Source: the human T2T-CHM13v2.0 reference genome, Homo sapiens. Taken from it: a stretch of DNA of 64,000 nt. Shown here one piece after another: positions 14,261 through 26,830 of this stretch. A program made the translations under genes and the position numbers. The stretch's first letter is position 1; each line of letters begins with the position of its first letter. The stretch lies in NCBI RefSeq assembly GCF_009914755.1, contig NC_060929.1, one strand, 5' to 3'. Under the pieces are notes generated by a model that worked only from the letters and a program-made list of their open reading frames with translations, had not been told where the DNA came from and searched no databases.

Positions 14261-14631
14261 AGATGCTCCTCAACTTATGATGTGTTATGTTCTGATAAAC
14301 CCATGGTAAGCTGAAAATATTCCAAGTCAAAAATGCATTGAATGCACCTAACCTTTCAAAAACCATAGCTTAGCCTAGTCCACTATAAATGTGCTTAGAC
14401 ACTTAACATGTAAATGTGGAATACTTACATCAGTTTACAGTTGGAGAAAATCATCTATCACAAAGTCTATTTCATCATAAAGTATTGAATATTTCATGTA
14501 GTTTATTGAATTCTGTACTGAACATGAAAAACAGAATGGTTGTATGGCTACTTGAAGTACAGGTTCTACTGAATGTGTTTCACTTTCACACCATTGTAAA
14601 GTTGAAACCATCATAAGTTAGGGACCATTTG
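14261..14631 (+). mobile_element. MER47A-like TcMar-Tigger DNA transposon fossil
   Basis: AGATGCTCCTCAACTTATGATG...CATAGCTTAGCCTAG...CATCATAAGTTAGGGACCATTTG; imperfect TIRs, TA-rich flanks. Confidence 0.85.
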
Positions 14632-14724
14632 TGTATATACCTATATGAGATATATGTAAGTAAGATATATATGTAAACAACATATATGTAAATGAGATAT
14701 ATAAAAACATATAAATAACACATA

Positions 14725-15620
14725 GATCTCCTTGTTGAATCCTACTGTGTACAAGACATAATTTTTTATGCTGGGATTCAGCAGTGAAGAAAAGGGAGGA
14801 AAGCTCTTGGCTTCACAGAGCTCACACTCTGGTGAGGGAGAAAACAAATATACAGAATATAAGAAGGTGAGGGCTGGGCATAGAGGCTCATGCCTGTAAT
14901 TCCAAAACTTTGGGAAGCTGAAGTGGAGGGATTACTTGAGGTCAGGAGTTCAAGGCCAGCCTGGCCAACATGGTGAAACCTCGTCTCTACTAAAAATACA
15001 AAAATTAGCCAGTTGTGGTGGTACATGCCTGTAATCTCAGCTGCTTGGGAGGCTGAGGCATGAGAATCGCTTGAAATCAGGAGGTGAAAGCTGCAGGGAG
15101 GTGAGATCGCTCCACTGCATTCCAGGCTGGGTGACAGAACGAGACTCCATCTCAAAGAAAAAAAAAAAAGAAGGGGGTAAGTACCATATGCAAAAGCAGA
15201 GCCAGGTGGGGGACAAGAGTGTTCAAGAGTTGTCATTTACCCATTTAGATGATATGGTCAGAGAGGCCTCCCTGAAAAGGTAATGTCTGAGCAGAGACTT
15301 ATGGGAGAAGAGAGAACAGGGTGAGAAGATCTCTGGGGGAGAAGTAGAAAGTGCAAAGACACAGAGGTGGCGATGAGCCCCATCTGGTTGGGACAGAGTG
15401 AAAAAGGGGTTCAGCTGGAGGGGCCTGAGAGGTGAGGGTGGCAGAACGTGTGGAGGTGTAAGCTCAGCAGATGGTGGACACCCTGGAGGCCATTGTGAGG
15501 CTCTGGTTCTCCCTCTGTGTGATTTCAAGATCCATTGCATGGTTGCAGCTGAGAAGTGAACAAGCCTTATGACCTGGTTTCTCTTGAAGAGGATCTTTCC
15601 GGTAGGTGCCTTGAGAAAAA
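14725..15620 (-). mobile_element. L2 fragment interrupted by an Alu
   Basis: TGCTGGGATTCAGCAGTGAA...GAGCTCACACTCTGGTGAGGGAGA...GGTCAGAGAGGCCTCCCTGAAAAGGTAATGTCTGAGCAGAGAC. Confidence 0.7.
14872..15170 (+). mobile_element. AluS element
   Basis: Both arms, A-tail, AAGAAGG-type TSD. Confidence 0.95.
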
Positions 15621-17064
15621 CACAGGAGGGATTGGGAGGATGTAGAAATTCCTATTTGTAAGGGTTTGCGATCTGGGTATATGTCCACTGAGCCGTGAAC
15701 TTACTGTCTCGAGTTCTGTATTCTAGTTGGGACTGTTCTGCTAACTGCTGGAGGGTATTGGCACAATCACTTAACGTTTTATTCAGAAGGGAAATAGAAG
15801 TGAACACTTAGTATTTAAGTTTGAGCCAGTTTCTTCTTAATCCCTATGATCTGTAGCCTGCTAGGATCCTCAAGTTTGTTTTTCTTTTTTTCCAACACCA
15901 GAGCATGTGTCTTTGCTTGCCCCACCTCTGTCCTCATAGTTTCTTTACTAACAGCTCTGACTTCCCTTCCCAACCTCTCTTAGTACATGCGGAAGATGAG
16001 AACAGTGGACAACGGCTTTGCTAAGCCCTGAATTGTTCCGAAGTTTGAAGTTGTAACCCATGAGCTACCTCTTTTACAAAAACAGTCAAAACTGGATGTT
16101 AGAAATATTTTGGAGGTTAAAGGAAGAGTGTCTTGAACCTCCCTACCACTGAACTGTTTAATATTCTAGAATTTATGTTACACAGTAAAAGATAGACAAC
16201 TCTGTCTGCAGTTCTGGGACTGGGATATGCCTGTGCATACACGCATCTGCTCTGTTTTGGTTTCACTTCACTTTAGTTATTTGATTTGGTGTCTGCAAAA
16301 CCCTGTGTGCACATTTTTATGATCCTTGGGACAATTTACTGCCAACCTTGCTTGAACTCTAAAATATGCCTCCAGTTTCGGAAAACCACAAATTATTTAC
16401 CAAGGAGGCAAGGAAATGGAGGTCACTGGGCTCATTTCTTACATAATTTTCAACTTCCTTTCTGAGGCCTGACATCTCCCGGCAGTCACAGTGATGTCTT
16501 CCTTAGATGGATTCAATAATGGGGAAGAACAGATGAAAAGTGGTGAAAGTTGCTAACTGCTGTGTTCCTCTGCTTGCTTTTCATGCTGTGTGCCAGGAAT
16601 CAAAGCTGGAGGAGCGGAAGGTAGATATAAAGTAACCCTGTTTCCTAGGTTATTGTGTTTATAAAGTGTTAAATAGGAAATGCGAAAAAAAAACCCCTCT
16701 GCTTTGTGGGAAACAAGGTCATTTAAGGTACGAAAACAACAGTATTAAGCTAAAACAATAGAATAAATAATCACTAAAATGAAAGTACAGAGCAGGTATA
16801 GAAAGTCAATCTTTGAAACATCAGCTGTTGTCAGTTTCTTTCAAGATAATTCAAGGGTGACTAACATATAACTAGCAGATACATTCAACATACAAGAGAA
16901 AAAGAGTGAGGATAAAAGGGGGCAATAAAATAAATAGTGGAATAAGTGATGACCATAGATCAAATGGAAAGGACAAGGAAGGAGGAAAAGATAGCTCCTA
17001 TGTGTCTAGCTTGGAAAGATAATGACTCAATTGAGTGAACAGGGGAGACACATTGAGGGTTTGA

Positions 17065-17388
<324 letters not shown>

Positions 17389-18504
17389 GGACCTCAGGAA
17401 TTTTTAAAGACATGGCAACATTCTTGTTGTATGGGTTTACTTATGACAGATGGGTACATAGGTCTGTCCAAAGGGGCTGGGATACTTTGTTACGTTTGAG
17501 GAATTTTTTTCTGCTAAATTCTCTTTTCCCTTTCTTCCAAGGAGGCAGGGTAAGGAGAGGTACCAGGTGCTGGTGGATTGTTTACCTTGGAGATTTCCGC
17601 CTTACGGAGGAAATAGCTGGTAGAGTCAGCAGAGACCTCTTCTGGTGGGCCTCAGGGTTGTGAGTTGAGCACTTGGAGCAGGGAAATATTGGATGTTTTC
17701 ATGACATCAGTAGGATTTAATTCAATCAATGAATAGGACCCAGAAATAAATTAGCTGAGACGGGTGGGGGAAGAGGGGCAGAATCCCAACTGTGCTTAGT
17801 TATAATTTGAGATGTAGAATAAAGAGTGCTCCAGGAAGCATGGCTCCAAGCAAATGATGAGTTTTTGAATCCCTTCATGTTTATGATTTCATTTTTTTTC
17901 CCTTCATGCTTATGATTTTAATTATCTCTGTTTCCCAAAGTGATTAGCGGAAACAGTTTAAGATGAAATGAATATATGTGCTGGAAGGGGAGGCAAAAGT
18001 AGGGTGACATCCCACTTCATAGTCAGGCTTGTGGGTGGGGAGGGGATGGTGCAAGTGAAGAGCGAGAGGGCTTGCTAGTGTCTGAGAGGAGGAAGAAGAC
18101 GAGGAACACGAGCTCAGTTCCTGAAGAAAGAAATCGATGGGAATCCAGGCTGATTCCACTTGGATCTGCAACACTTCAGACAAATCCAGAAGCTGGCAGC
18201 TAGAATGAATGTTTATTTCTCAATGGAATGAAAAAAGAACTGAGATGGAGCTGAAGATATTGTACTGTCTAAAATGATTTACCTTACGGGCATTCAGGCT
18301 AATGAATGAGTTCATTTCCACATCCATGTGTGATCTATGTGAAGTTCATTTCATATCTGCAATGCTCTCTGTAAGAAATGTAGTCTAATGCCTGGCACTA
18401 TTAAGGGCTCAGTAAATATTATTTTCTTACTTCTGATTCTACCCACAATTATACCTGATTCTCTATTATTCTGGTATGTGAGCAATCTCAGTCAAGCTTT
18501 CTAC

Positions 18505-18624
18505 AGTGTATATCTTACTTTCAACATACAAAGTGTATATCTTACTTTCAGCATACAAAGTGTATATCTTACTTTCAACATACAAAGTATGTCGTACAGT
18601 GTATATCTTACTTTCAACATACAA
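18505..18624. repeat. 27-bp minisatellite, 4 copies
   Basis: AGTGTATATCTTACTTTCA(A/G)CATACAA at 18505, 18532, 18559 and 18598, with a 12-bp interruption before the last copy. Confidence 0.97.
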
Positions 18625-18636
18625 AGTAAGAGTTAA

Positions 18637-18924
18637 GGCCAGGTGCAGTGGCTCATGCCTGTAATCTCAGCACTTTGGGAGGCCAAGGCGGGTGGATCAC
18701 CTGAGGTCAGGATTTCGAGACCAGCCTGACCAACGTGGTGAAACCCCGTCTCTAGTAAAAATACAAAAATTGGCTGGGCATGGTGGCACATGCCTGTAAT
18801 CCCAGCTACTCAGGGGCTGAAGCTTGAACCCAGGAGGCAGAGGTTTCAGTGAGCCAAGATGGTGCCATTGTACTCTAGCCTGGACAACAAAAGCGAAACT
18901 TCATCTCAAAAACAACAAAACAAA
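18637..18924 (+). mobile_element. AluS element with small right-arm deletion
   Basis: Perfect 16-bp TSD ACAAAGTAAGAGTTAA at 18621-18636 and 18925-18940. Confidence 0.95.
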
Positions 18925-19279
18925 ACAAAGTAAGAGTTAAGATGTAAAGTTCTAAGCTCCATTTCTTTTGAATTATTTTCTCAATGTTCCAATTAACTCA
19001 TACTTGTCAGGCATAAAGTTTCTCCTTAAAATTGGTTTTATTTATCTCAGTTATGAGACAATTAGAAACAAATGGTTTCTATTTGTTTTGAAAAGCAGCT
19101 ACAACCTTCAAATGATAAACGCAATTTATCCGTCTTTCATCTGTTCCTTGTTTTGACTTTGTTGAAATGAATTTCCTTTTTAAACTAGCGATATTCAAAT
19201 AATTTGTGAAATATTTTATTTAGGTTTAAAATAAGGACTGTGGCACATTGATCATCTAGCCTATTAGAAACAGCAAGTC

Positions 19280-20670
19280 TTTCATCTTCAGCAGTTTAGT
19301 TGTAAAATGCCTAGCTATCCTGAGTTGGCTGAGATTCTTGAATGTAAAGATTGCTAGCTTTAAGAGTTTTGGGAAATTCTTGACTATGTTTTTTTTACAT
19401 ATTTGTCTCTCCCTATTCTTTCTTTTTTCTTTAGTAACTCCAATAATAAGAATAAAGGGGTTTGCACTATGATTTGCATGTGACTGATATGTGTATTCTT
19501 TTGTGTTCTCTGTGCTCTAGTCAAATACTTCATGTTGATCTGTCTTTGGGATCACTGAGCCAATCTTCAGCTATACTGTTCAGCTCATCTGGTGAGGTCT
19601 TCATTTCAAGTATTGTATTTTTCAGTCTTAGAGCAATTACTTTTTACAGATTTTGATTCAATGATTGAACCCCACATCTTTTCATCACTTTCATTCATAT
19701 TGTCTTTCAATCTCTTTACTATATTGATCATTGTATCAAAATGTAATTTTAAGATGCTAAATAAAATATCATTTTCTTTCTTTGCATCTGCTTATGTTGT
19801 TTGTATGTTTCACCTGGTAATTGATCACAATCTCTTGCCTCTTTTTATGTTAGTAATATGTGACTGTATGCCAGATATTGTGGACAAAGCACATGTCAAA
19901 GCTCTGTATGATGCTACTTCGACCAGATAGGAATCTGTGCTTTCTCTGTGGGGCAGATAAGGTGAGGAGGTGATCACCCCAATCCAAGAGGCTGAACTAG
20001 GTCAAGACTGGGTTGACATTTTAGTAAAATCCTCTCCACTTCTAGCTATGTTTTTATTCCTCAGGCCTGTCTCTTCCACACTGTTGATTGACAGCTCTGA
20101 AAGAAAGTGGAAGTTTCGGGCTGTGTAGTATCCTGCCGTATGCTCCATCCAAATTTGATGAGAATCTTGGGGAGACCAGCCACCTTCTGAGCAGACTCCT
20201 TTCCTCCAGTGGAACTTTTCCTCCCAATTATTATGGGACTTCTGAAGATTTTAACTTACTTTGCAGAAACTCCTAACCTTTTACTCAGCCTCAATTTAGC
20301 AAGGGTACTATGAGGAAAATTGGCAAGGCATTTGGGGATACTTTTGTTTCCAAATTGTTGTGGTTGCTTCTATGAATGCCACAAGCTTTGCTGGCTTCTC
20401 TTTCCTTCCTACAGTGCTTCTGCATGAACCAGATCTGATCTGTGTTTCAAATCAGCAAACATCCCAAGAAAGAAAATAGCCTGTGAAAGGTAGCTAATCT
20501 TGGCAAAACACTCTGCTCTCTGGAATTTTTGTTCTTTTAATTCTTTTTGTTTCCATAATTCACTGATCTCTTTATATGGATTTTTTTTGCAATTAATTTG
20601 TCGTTTTTAGTTAGTCTAACAGGATTGTATTCTCCTGCAACTAACGGCATTCTATTTATAACCACAAGTC
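19280..20670 (-). mobile_element. Very old L1M fragments
   Basis: T-rich decayed antisense L1 phrases (TTCAGCAGTTTAGTTGTAAAATGCCTAG, AGTTTTGGGAAATTCTTGACTAT, GACTGTATGCCAGATATTGTG). Confidence 0.55.
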
Positions 20671-20754
20671 CCCTTAGGGTCAACTTTTAAGAAGCCTTGG
20701 GCAGCTATGTTCTTCCAACCTAACAGTCCATAAGATCTTCCCCTATTTTTCCAG

Positions 20755-21085
20755 AAGCTTCAGATGAGACTATCACAAAGAAAAGTATGGACATATGTGA
20801 CAAATAGAGATTACAAATTAAATTCTTACTGTCCAACATGAAAAACTTGACTGTCCTTTTTTTCTGTGTGTCCAGATATACAGGGAGTCCACGGAGCCTC
20901 CCCTGCAAGCATCAGTACAGAAGTCGATGATAATCTGGATGCAAGCCCAGGAGTGTGGAGTCCACTGACTCAGAAGACCTGCATCTAAGGAATTGGCTGT
21001 TCTTATCCTTAAGAATGATGACTGTGTTTCCAATTCCAGTAGACCCTTTGATGCGTTCTGAATAAATATTCCTTTTGGAATTGAA
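20755..21085 (+). other. Candidate 30-nt exon (20755-20784), 91-nt intron and terminal exon (from 20876) with poly(A) signal
   Basis: CTAAC..CTTCCCCTATTTTTCCAG| acceptor; AAA|GTATGG donor; TTGAC..TCCTTTTTTTCTGTGTGTCCAG| acceptor; spliced frame open to TAA 20986-20988; AATAAA 21061-21066. Confidence 0.4.
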
Positions 21086-21127
21086 CTTCTAGAGCCCTTA
21101 ACTTTGGCCCACTCTAGTTTTCTGTCT

Positions 21128-21272
21128 GTTTTTTTTTTTTTTAATATTTTTTTTTTGTAAAGATAAGGTCTTGCTTTGTTGCCCAGGCTGGTCTTGAATT
21201 CCTGGACTCAAGCAATCCACCTGCCTTGGCCTCCCAAAGTGCTGGGATTATAGGTGTGAACCATTGTGTCCG
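21128..21272 (-). mobile_element. FLAM_C / Alu left monomer
   Basis: Poly-T, then AAGGTCTTGCTTTGTTGCCCAGGCTGGTCTTGAATTCCTGGACTCAAG...GGATTATAGGTGTGAACC. Confidence 0.85.
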
Positions 21273-21935
21273 ATCGCTCTCTGGTTTTTCTAATATCATG
21301 ATCCCAACTCTGTTCTTTATGTAAATTTCCCTGATCACATGGTTGTATCTTGGCATTTCAAAATCCTTGACAGACTTTGTTTTGTTTGAATTTTACAATG
21401 AACTTACATGACTAGGCACGGTCCCCAGTTCAGTTTTATAGACAAGGATTCTGTAGGTCAAGAAGTGAAACACAACCAATAACAGCAGGTGACAGGATTT
21501 AAACCTGGGTCACTTTACTTATTTTTTTCTACTCTATCATTATGTGAATCTATCCTACCTCTGCAATGACAGATGGCCCTAGAGCAAGAACACTTCCTTA
21601 CATCTGGTATACAGTCAAAAAGTAAAAATTCCACACAAATAAATATGGAAAGAATTTTTACCTGCTCCTATAGCTTCCTTTCAGGGACCTGGCACCCACA
21701 AATGTTGGGTAACAGAAAGAGGACTTATGTAACTTAACTCAAAGCAGAAAAGTTACAGAGACTGTCTTAGCATAATAGAGCATGGAGTGGTCATGCTTGG
21801 ATGTGCAAACTGTCTGATAGTCTTGCACATGGCTTGACCCCGAATTACACTAGTGGGGCAAGTTGCCTGGGGCAAAGCAAACTTATTGGACCCAAAGCTC
21901 TCATTTGAGAATTTTGTTGACTAAAAGTTATAAAA

Positions 21936-21966
21936 TATCAGCAATTTCATATGGTTCAGCCTAATA
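21936..21966. mobile_element. MADE2/Hsmar2-type mariner TIR fragment
   Basis: ATATCAGCAATTTCATATGGTTCAGCCTAATA resembles the MADE2 terminal repeat. Confidence 0.6.
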
Positions 21967-22127
21967 TTTTATCACTCTTCCTTTTTCTATTCTAAAACAA
22001 TAATTTTTAATAACGTAAGCTATACACATACATGCTTTAAACATACAACACCCTGACTATCATATAGTGGATATTTCAAGAAGTAAATGTTCAGCATGTC
22101 TTCACCCCCACTTGAAGACATAATGTA

Positions 22128-22549
22128 TGTATTAGGCTGTTCTGGCATTGCTATAAAGAAATACCTGAGACTGTGTAATTTATAAGAAAGGAGCTTTAAT
22201 TGGCTCACGGTTCTGCAGGCTGTACAGGAAACATATTGGGTCTACTTCTGTGGAGGCTTCAGGGAACTTTGACTCATGGTGGAAGGTGAAATGAGAGCAG
22301 GCACCTCATGTGACTGAAGCAGGAGCAAGAAAGAGAGAGCGAGCGAGGTGCCACACACTCTTAAACAACCAGAACTCTCTCTTGAGAATTCACTCACTGT
22401 CTTGCCGTCAGCACCAAAGGGATGGTCCTAAACCATTCATGAGAAATCCTCCTCCATGATCCAATCACCTCTCACCAGGCCCTACCCCCAACACTGGGAT
22501 TACAATTCAACGTGAGATTTGGGCCTGGACACAGATCCAAACCCTATCA
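22128..22549 (-). mobile_element. MSTA-like MaLR solo LTR
   Basis: TGTATTAGGC...GCTATAAAGAAATACCTGAGACT...ACAGATCCAAACCCTATCA; 5-bp TSD ATGTA/ATATA. Confidence 0.9.
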
Positions 22550-22619
22550 ATATATTAGCCAGATACTTGCAGCTGTATGAAGAATACCCTGGTTACCCAG
22601 CTACAAATGCAGATGTTAT

Positions 22620-23389
22620 TGATAAGGGAGGGGGGCAGGGAAGTGCTGGGAGGAGAAAGCAGGTCTCTGGCGAGGGCTTCACCCCGGTGCCTGTGCCCAC
22701 AGACCTAGGTAAGGGCAGGCACTCCTGCCTTTGCGCCCAAATGTTGCATTTCCCAAGACCACCCTGGCCCACCACGCCCCCATCCTGTGCCTATAAAAAC
22801 CCCGAAACACTAGTGGGCACTCACACAAGCGGCTGGACGTCCAGAGGACGTCAACAAGAGCACGCCGACAGGCAGACCCTGGCAGGCCATCGACTGGCGG
22901 AAGGACATGGAGTTTGGCTGCGTGGTTGGAGGAGAGCCAGGCCGCTAGGTGGCCTGACTCCAGGAAACTACACCTTCCCACTCCATCTCCCTTCTGTCTC
23001 CCCTGTCTGCTCACAGCTACTTCCTCTCAATAAAACCTTGAACTCATTCTCCAAGCCCACGTGTGATCTGATTCTTCCGGTACACCAAGGCAAGGACCCT
23101 GGGATACAGAAAGTCCTCTGTCCTTGAGATAAGCCAGGGGGTCTAATTGAGCTGACTAACACAAGTCGCCTACAGATGGCAAAACTAAAAGAGCACCCTG
23201 TAACACACGTGTGCCCACTGGGGCTTCAGCTGTAAACATTCACCCCTAGACACTGCTCTTGGGTTGGAGCCCCACAACCCAGCCGTCCGCATGCTCCCCT
23301 AGAGGTTTGAGCAGTGGGGCACGGAAGAAGCGAGCCACTCCTCCTGTTGCACACCCTGCGGGTGGCGCAAGGGAACGTTTCCTGTTTCA
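22620..23389 (+). mobile_element. LTR1-family (HUERS-P2, ERV1) solo LTR
   Basis: TG...CA ends, 4-bp TSD TTAT/TCAT, GC-box CCACGCCCCC 22772-22781, TATAAAA 22792-22798, AATAAA 23029-23034; CpG-rich. Confidence 0.85.
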
Positions 23390-25455
23390 TCATCAGGGAT
23401 ATTGTATCGGTGTCTTAAATAACACTAGCATTTTGACATATTTGGAGCTGCTACTGGGCCAGCTCTGTTTCCAGGCCTGCCTTTCAATCTTTTCCTTGCT
23501 TCTGGCATGAGTTACCATCTCTTTTAAGAAATTGGTTATGCATTTGAAAATACACGTAGCTATACATACTTTAAACATATCATTTAGCAAGGATGCTCCT
23601 TATCGGACCGTTGCTGGGAACAGAGAACACGACAGTTCCAGGTGAGCGAAATAGTGTGATCTCATACATGATGAAAGCTAAGCAGGCAACAGCTTTTCCG
23701 TAAGCAAGCATTTCAAAATGTATTTGTAGAAAGGCAGTAAAAGAATAAGATGCAAATCAAGCTATTTTTAAACCATCGTTTTCAGGGCCAAGGAAGAAAT
23801 TATGAGAATGAATTTTTTAAAAAAAGATTATAAGGTCTTTAGTGGTGTTTTTAGTTGAAGTAATTTAGAGATGATTAGGTATTGCTATTTTTTATTCAAT
23901 TCTTTACAACAAAAGCTTACAGAAATAGAAAGCTTTGCCATTTCTTTTCCCCACAACTTTAAAAAGTAAAGAGTGAGTGTTGGGTCACAATAATCTTTCT
24001 TTTTTAGTCTCCTTTTTGTGCAAATTCATCCACCATCAAATTACATTGTACTCCTTCCTCCTCTGTGACTACCTGTGGAAGAATGTTTATATAAATAAAC
24101 CCAAAGGCCTGTCTTTTTGTCTGTTGCTCTGAGTAAGTGGTGCAAAATAGATGCCTTAGTCTGGTGATTTGATTTAATACAAATGGACCTTGTTAGAACA
24201 CTTCTTTACACCTGAGATATTGGGAGATTTACTTGTAACCTTCCTTGCTACGTGAACAGCAGTAGTATTTGCTGTTTCTAAGATGTGTTGTAGTTTGAAA
24301 GATTTTGTTTGTATCATGCCAAAGTGACTGCATTAAGAAGTTCCTAGTTGACTGATTAAAACAAAACAAAACAAAACTCCTTTAATCATTCAGCTGTTTG
24401 ACCTATGCTAGTGTATAGGTGCTATACACAATTATATATTTTGATGCTTTCTGTTTTATTATGTGGCAGTGTGTAGTCCCAGTATTTATGCTAATTATAT
24501 CGTTCTTTGGAATCCAGTTTTTCTTTTTGTAAATTTGGATTAAAGTCTATCATGGCTCCTTTCAAAGAGAGCACTAAATGTAAATGGAGGGTTCTTTGAT
24601 ACCATTAGAGAGATGGGACTGAGATCTCAAAGAAATAGGCTGCACTGGCTCTGGGGTGAATGGGTCCTATGACTTGTAGGGCTTCAGAGTAGGACACACA
24701 ACTCGGGGCTAAAGCTCAGGACATTGGCCATGCAGTTGAACATTTCTGCCCGTTCTTTCCTGGTCCTGCCCTGTGCAATTTCCAGCTTCTGTAAATACAT
24801 ATTGAAGGTATGTATACATAGCAAAGGTGTGCCAAAGTGTACAGTTGCTCAGATTATTTGCACACCTTGGTTTGGCCCTGGCCAGTTGAAGGAGTCATGA
24901 GGAAATACCTTGCTGCGATGACTTCTGTCATTCATTTCTCTGTGTATATTGGTACTAATTGATTTTTTTTGGCAGAGTTTAAAGTACTTTTGAACTTTTC
25001 CCCTTTCTTCTCTCCTCTGCTTCTTTTTCCAGACTGTTTCCAAGATTGGATGAAGAGATTCAATTGACAATGCTGTGAAGAGAGGGATTTGGAGCTTGTT
25101 GGGGGAGGTAGTGTTGACTTCCTTGTGCAATCTAGGATTGAGTGGGGGATGCAGTTGGAAGGCAAGAGAAGTAAGACTCCTCCATCTTCCTGGTCCAGAG
25201 AAATTATGCTGGATCCCCCTACCCTTAATGAGAAAGGAGGTGTTTGTGTTTCCAGCATCTATGAGATCTGATTGCTAATGTAGCTACCTTTAAAGAATTC
25301 TGCTATTTACAATAAAAGTGAGATCTCCCTCCTCCATCCTGTGTTACACAGCCTGGGATTGCACCGTTGTTCCTGGCACCTTTGCATTGCAGGAGCCTGC
25401 CTTTGACTTTCTTTCCTCTCCACACATCTTCTATTCCTGCTGCTTCTCTTTTCAG

Positions 25456-25688
25456 AAAGTGCTGAGCTTCTAGGCTAGTGTCCCTCTCAACGGATGAATA
25501 TTCAGCAGAGAATGGAGAGCTTTCAACCGTAAGAATCAGGATGTGGCTGTTTATAAAGTTATTGCATTTTTTTGAAGAGTGGCTGCAATTAGTTTTGGTG
25601 TTAGGCAGCAAAAACCCCAAAATGTTCTTTCTGATTTCATGTTGCTTGCATAATACAGATACCCATTTACTGGAAGAAATCTTCATGG
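25456..25688 (+). other. Candidate exon, possibly carrying a translation start
   Basis: Long pyrimidine tract ...CTTCTCTTTTCAG| acceptor and TGG|GTAAGT donor; frame open from ATG 25541 (AGGATG) to the donor, 49 codons plus 1 nt. Confidence 0.4.
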
Positions 25689-25744
25689 GTAAGTGTATGA
25701 GTGTGTATGCATAAGTATGTGTATGTGTGTGTGTGTGTGACTCC

Positions 25745-26746
25745 ACATATATTCCTAGAGTGCCTTCTATGTGCCAGGCATGGTGTTAGTTGACATATGT
25801 AATTGAGAGTAAAACAGTCATGATCTCTGCTCTTAACCAATTTACAATCTAGGATAAAATAGACCTTCCATGTTCAAATCCACAATGACATTAATTGCAA
25901 TATGATCATTGTTGTGCTTGAATAATAGCTAAGAAAAGCACAAAGAACTTACAAGGTGGCTTAACAGAAGAACTTCATCTAGCTTAGAAGTCTGGATAGC
26001 CCCTTTCTAAGAAAGCGGTACGAGTAAGGATGAATAGGAATAGGCCAGATAAAATACGAAGCCAGGAGTTGGAGGTGGACACGGGGGAGGGAGGTGACAT
26101 TGTACTGATGGAGAGATGTGGAGAGCTGAGGAGGCTGATGAATGTAGAGAAAGTTGAAGTGTCACTGGATTGCAGTTCTTGATAGGTAGAAGTGTTGTAT
26201 GAGGGGACGAAAACAAGGCCATTGGAAAGGGAAGTTGAAGATGGTGGTGGTGGTGTTTGTGAAGGTATTTATATTATTGCAGAATTATCTGAAGTGCAGT
26301 TTCCAATGTTAACCAAATTCATGGTGTGACTGTGGAAGTTGGTGCTTGAGGTGAATGATGACAACTATCAGTGGGTATCAGGGTAAGGAACTGCTGGGCA
26401 AGGTGTTGATGGTGCATCCAAGTGATGTTAAATCTGCTTAGCATGATGGTAGGGTTGGGTGAAAAGGAGACTATGAGTTGAGTGCTAAATTCTTTAAGGA
26501 GTGACCAAATGATTAAGTGAGGACTAGAGGGAGAAGAAGCTCTTATTGTCAACTACTCAAAGGAGCAACTTACAAAAGAGAGTGCAGTCATTCGTCTGCA
26601 AGTGGCATTGGGTAGTCAGGAGGACGTTGCCTTGGTTCTGATACTGAGATATTTGGAGTTTGATGGAAAATATCTCCCAGCCCCTGCTTGAGAGGAGAAG
26701 CAGTATCCTTAGGGGACAGTGGGTTTCAGTGAAGTCGAGAAACTGT

Positions 26747-26783
<37 letters not shown>

Positions 26784-26830
26784 TAACTTTGAGATAATGA
26801 TGGGTTAGAAACATGTAGATTAAGGTAAGA
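25745..26830 (-). mobile_element. L2 fragment containing a (TG)n microsatellite at about 26749-26782
   Basis: GAGTGCCTTCTATGTGCCAGGCATGGTGTTAG...ATGATCTCTGCTCTTAACCAATTTACAATCTAG followed by purine-rich L2 body. Confidence 0.65.

Noticed and set aside
16508-16543. Additional 36-nt phase-1 exon
   Set aside because: Weak donor, and only about 54 nt to the next acceptor, which is too short for a normal intron.
18505-18624. CRISPR-like array
   Set aside because: Units are directly tandem without unique spacers, there are no cas genes, and the DNA is eukaryotic.
22519-23127. 202-aa ORF
   Set aside because: Non-ATG start, runs through GC-rich LTR sequence, and shows no gag/pol/env motifs.
24411-24429. 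8-bp hairpin GTGTATAG-GTG-CTATACAC
   Set aside because: Short enough to occur by chance in 64 kb, with no supporting context.
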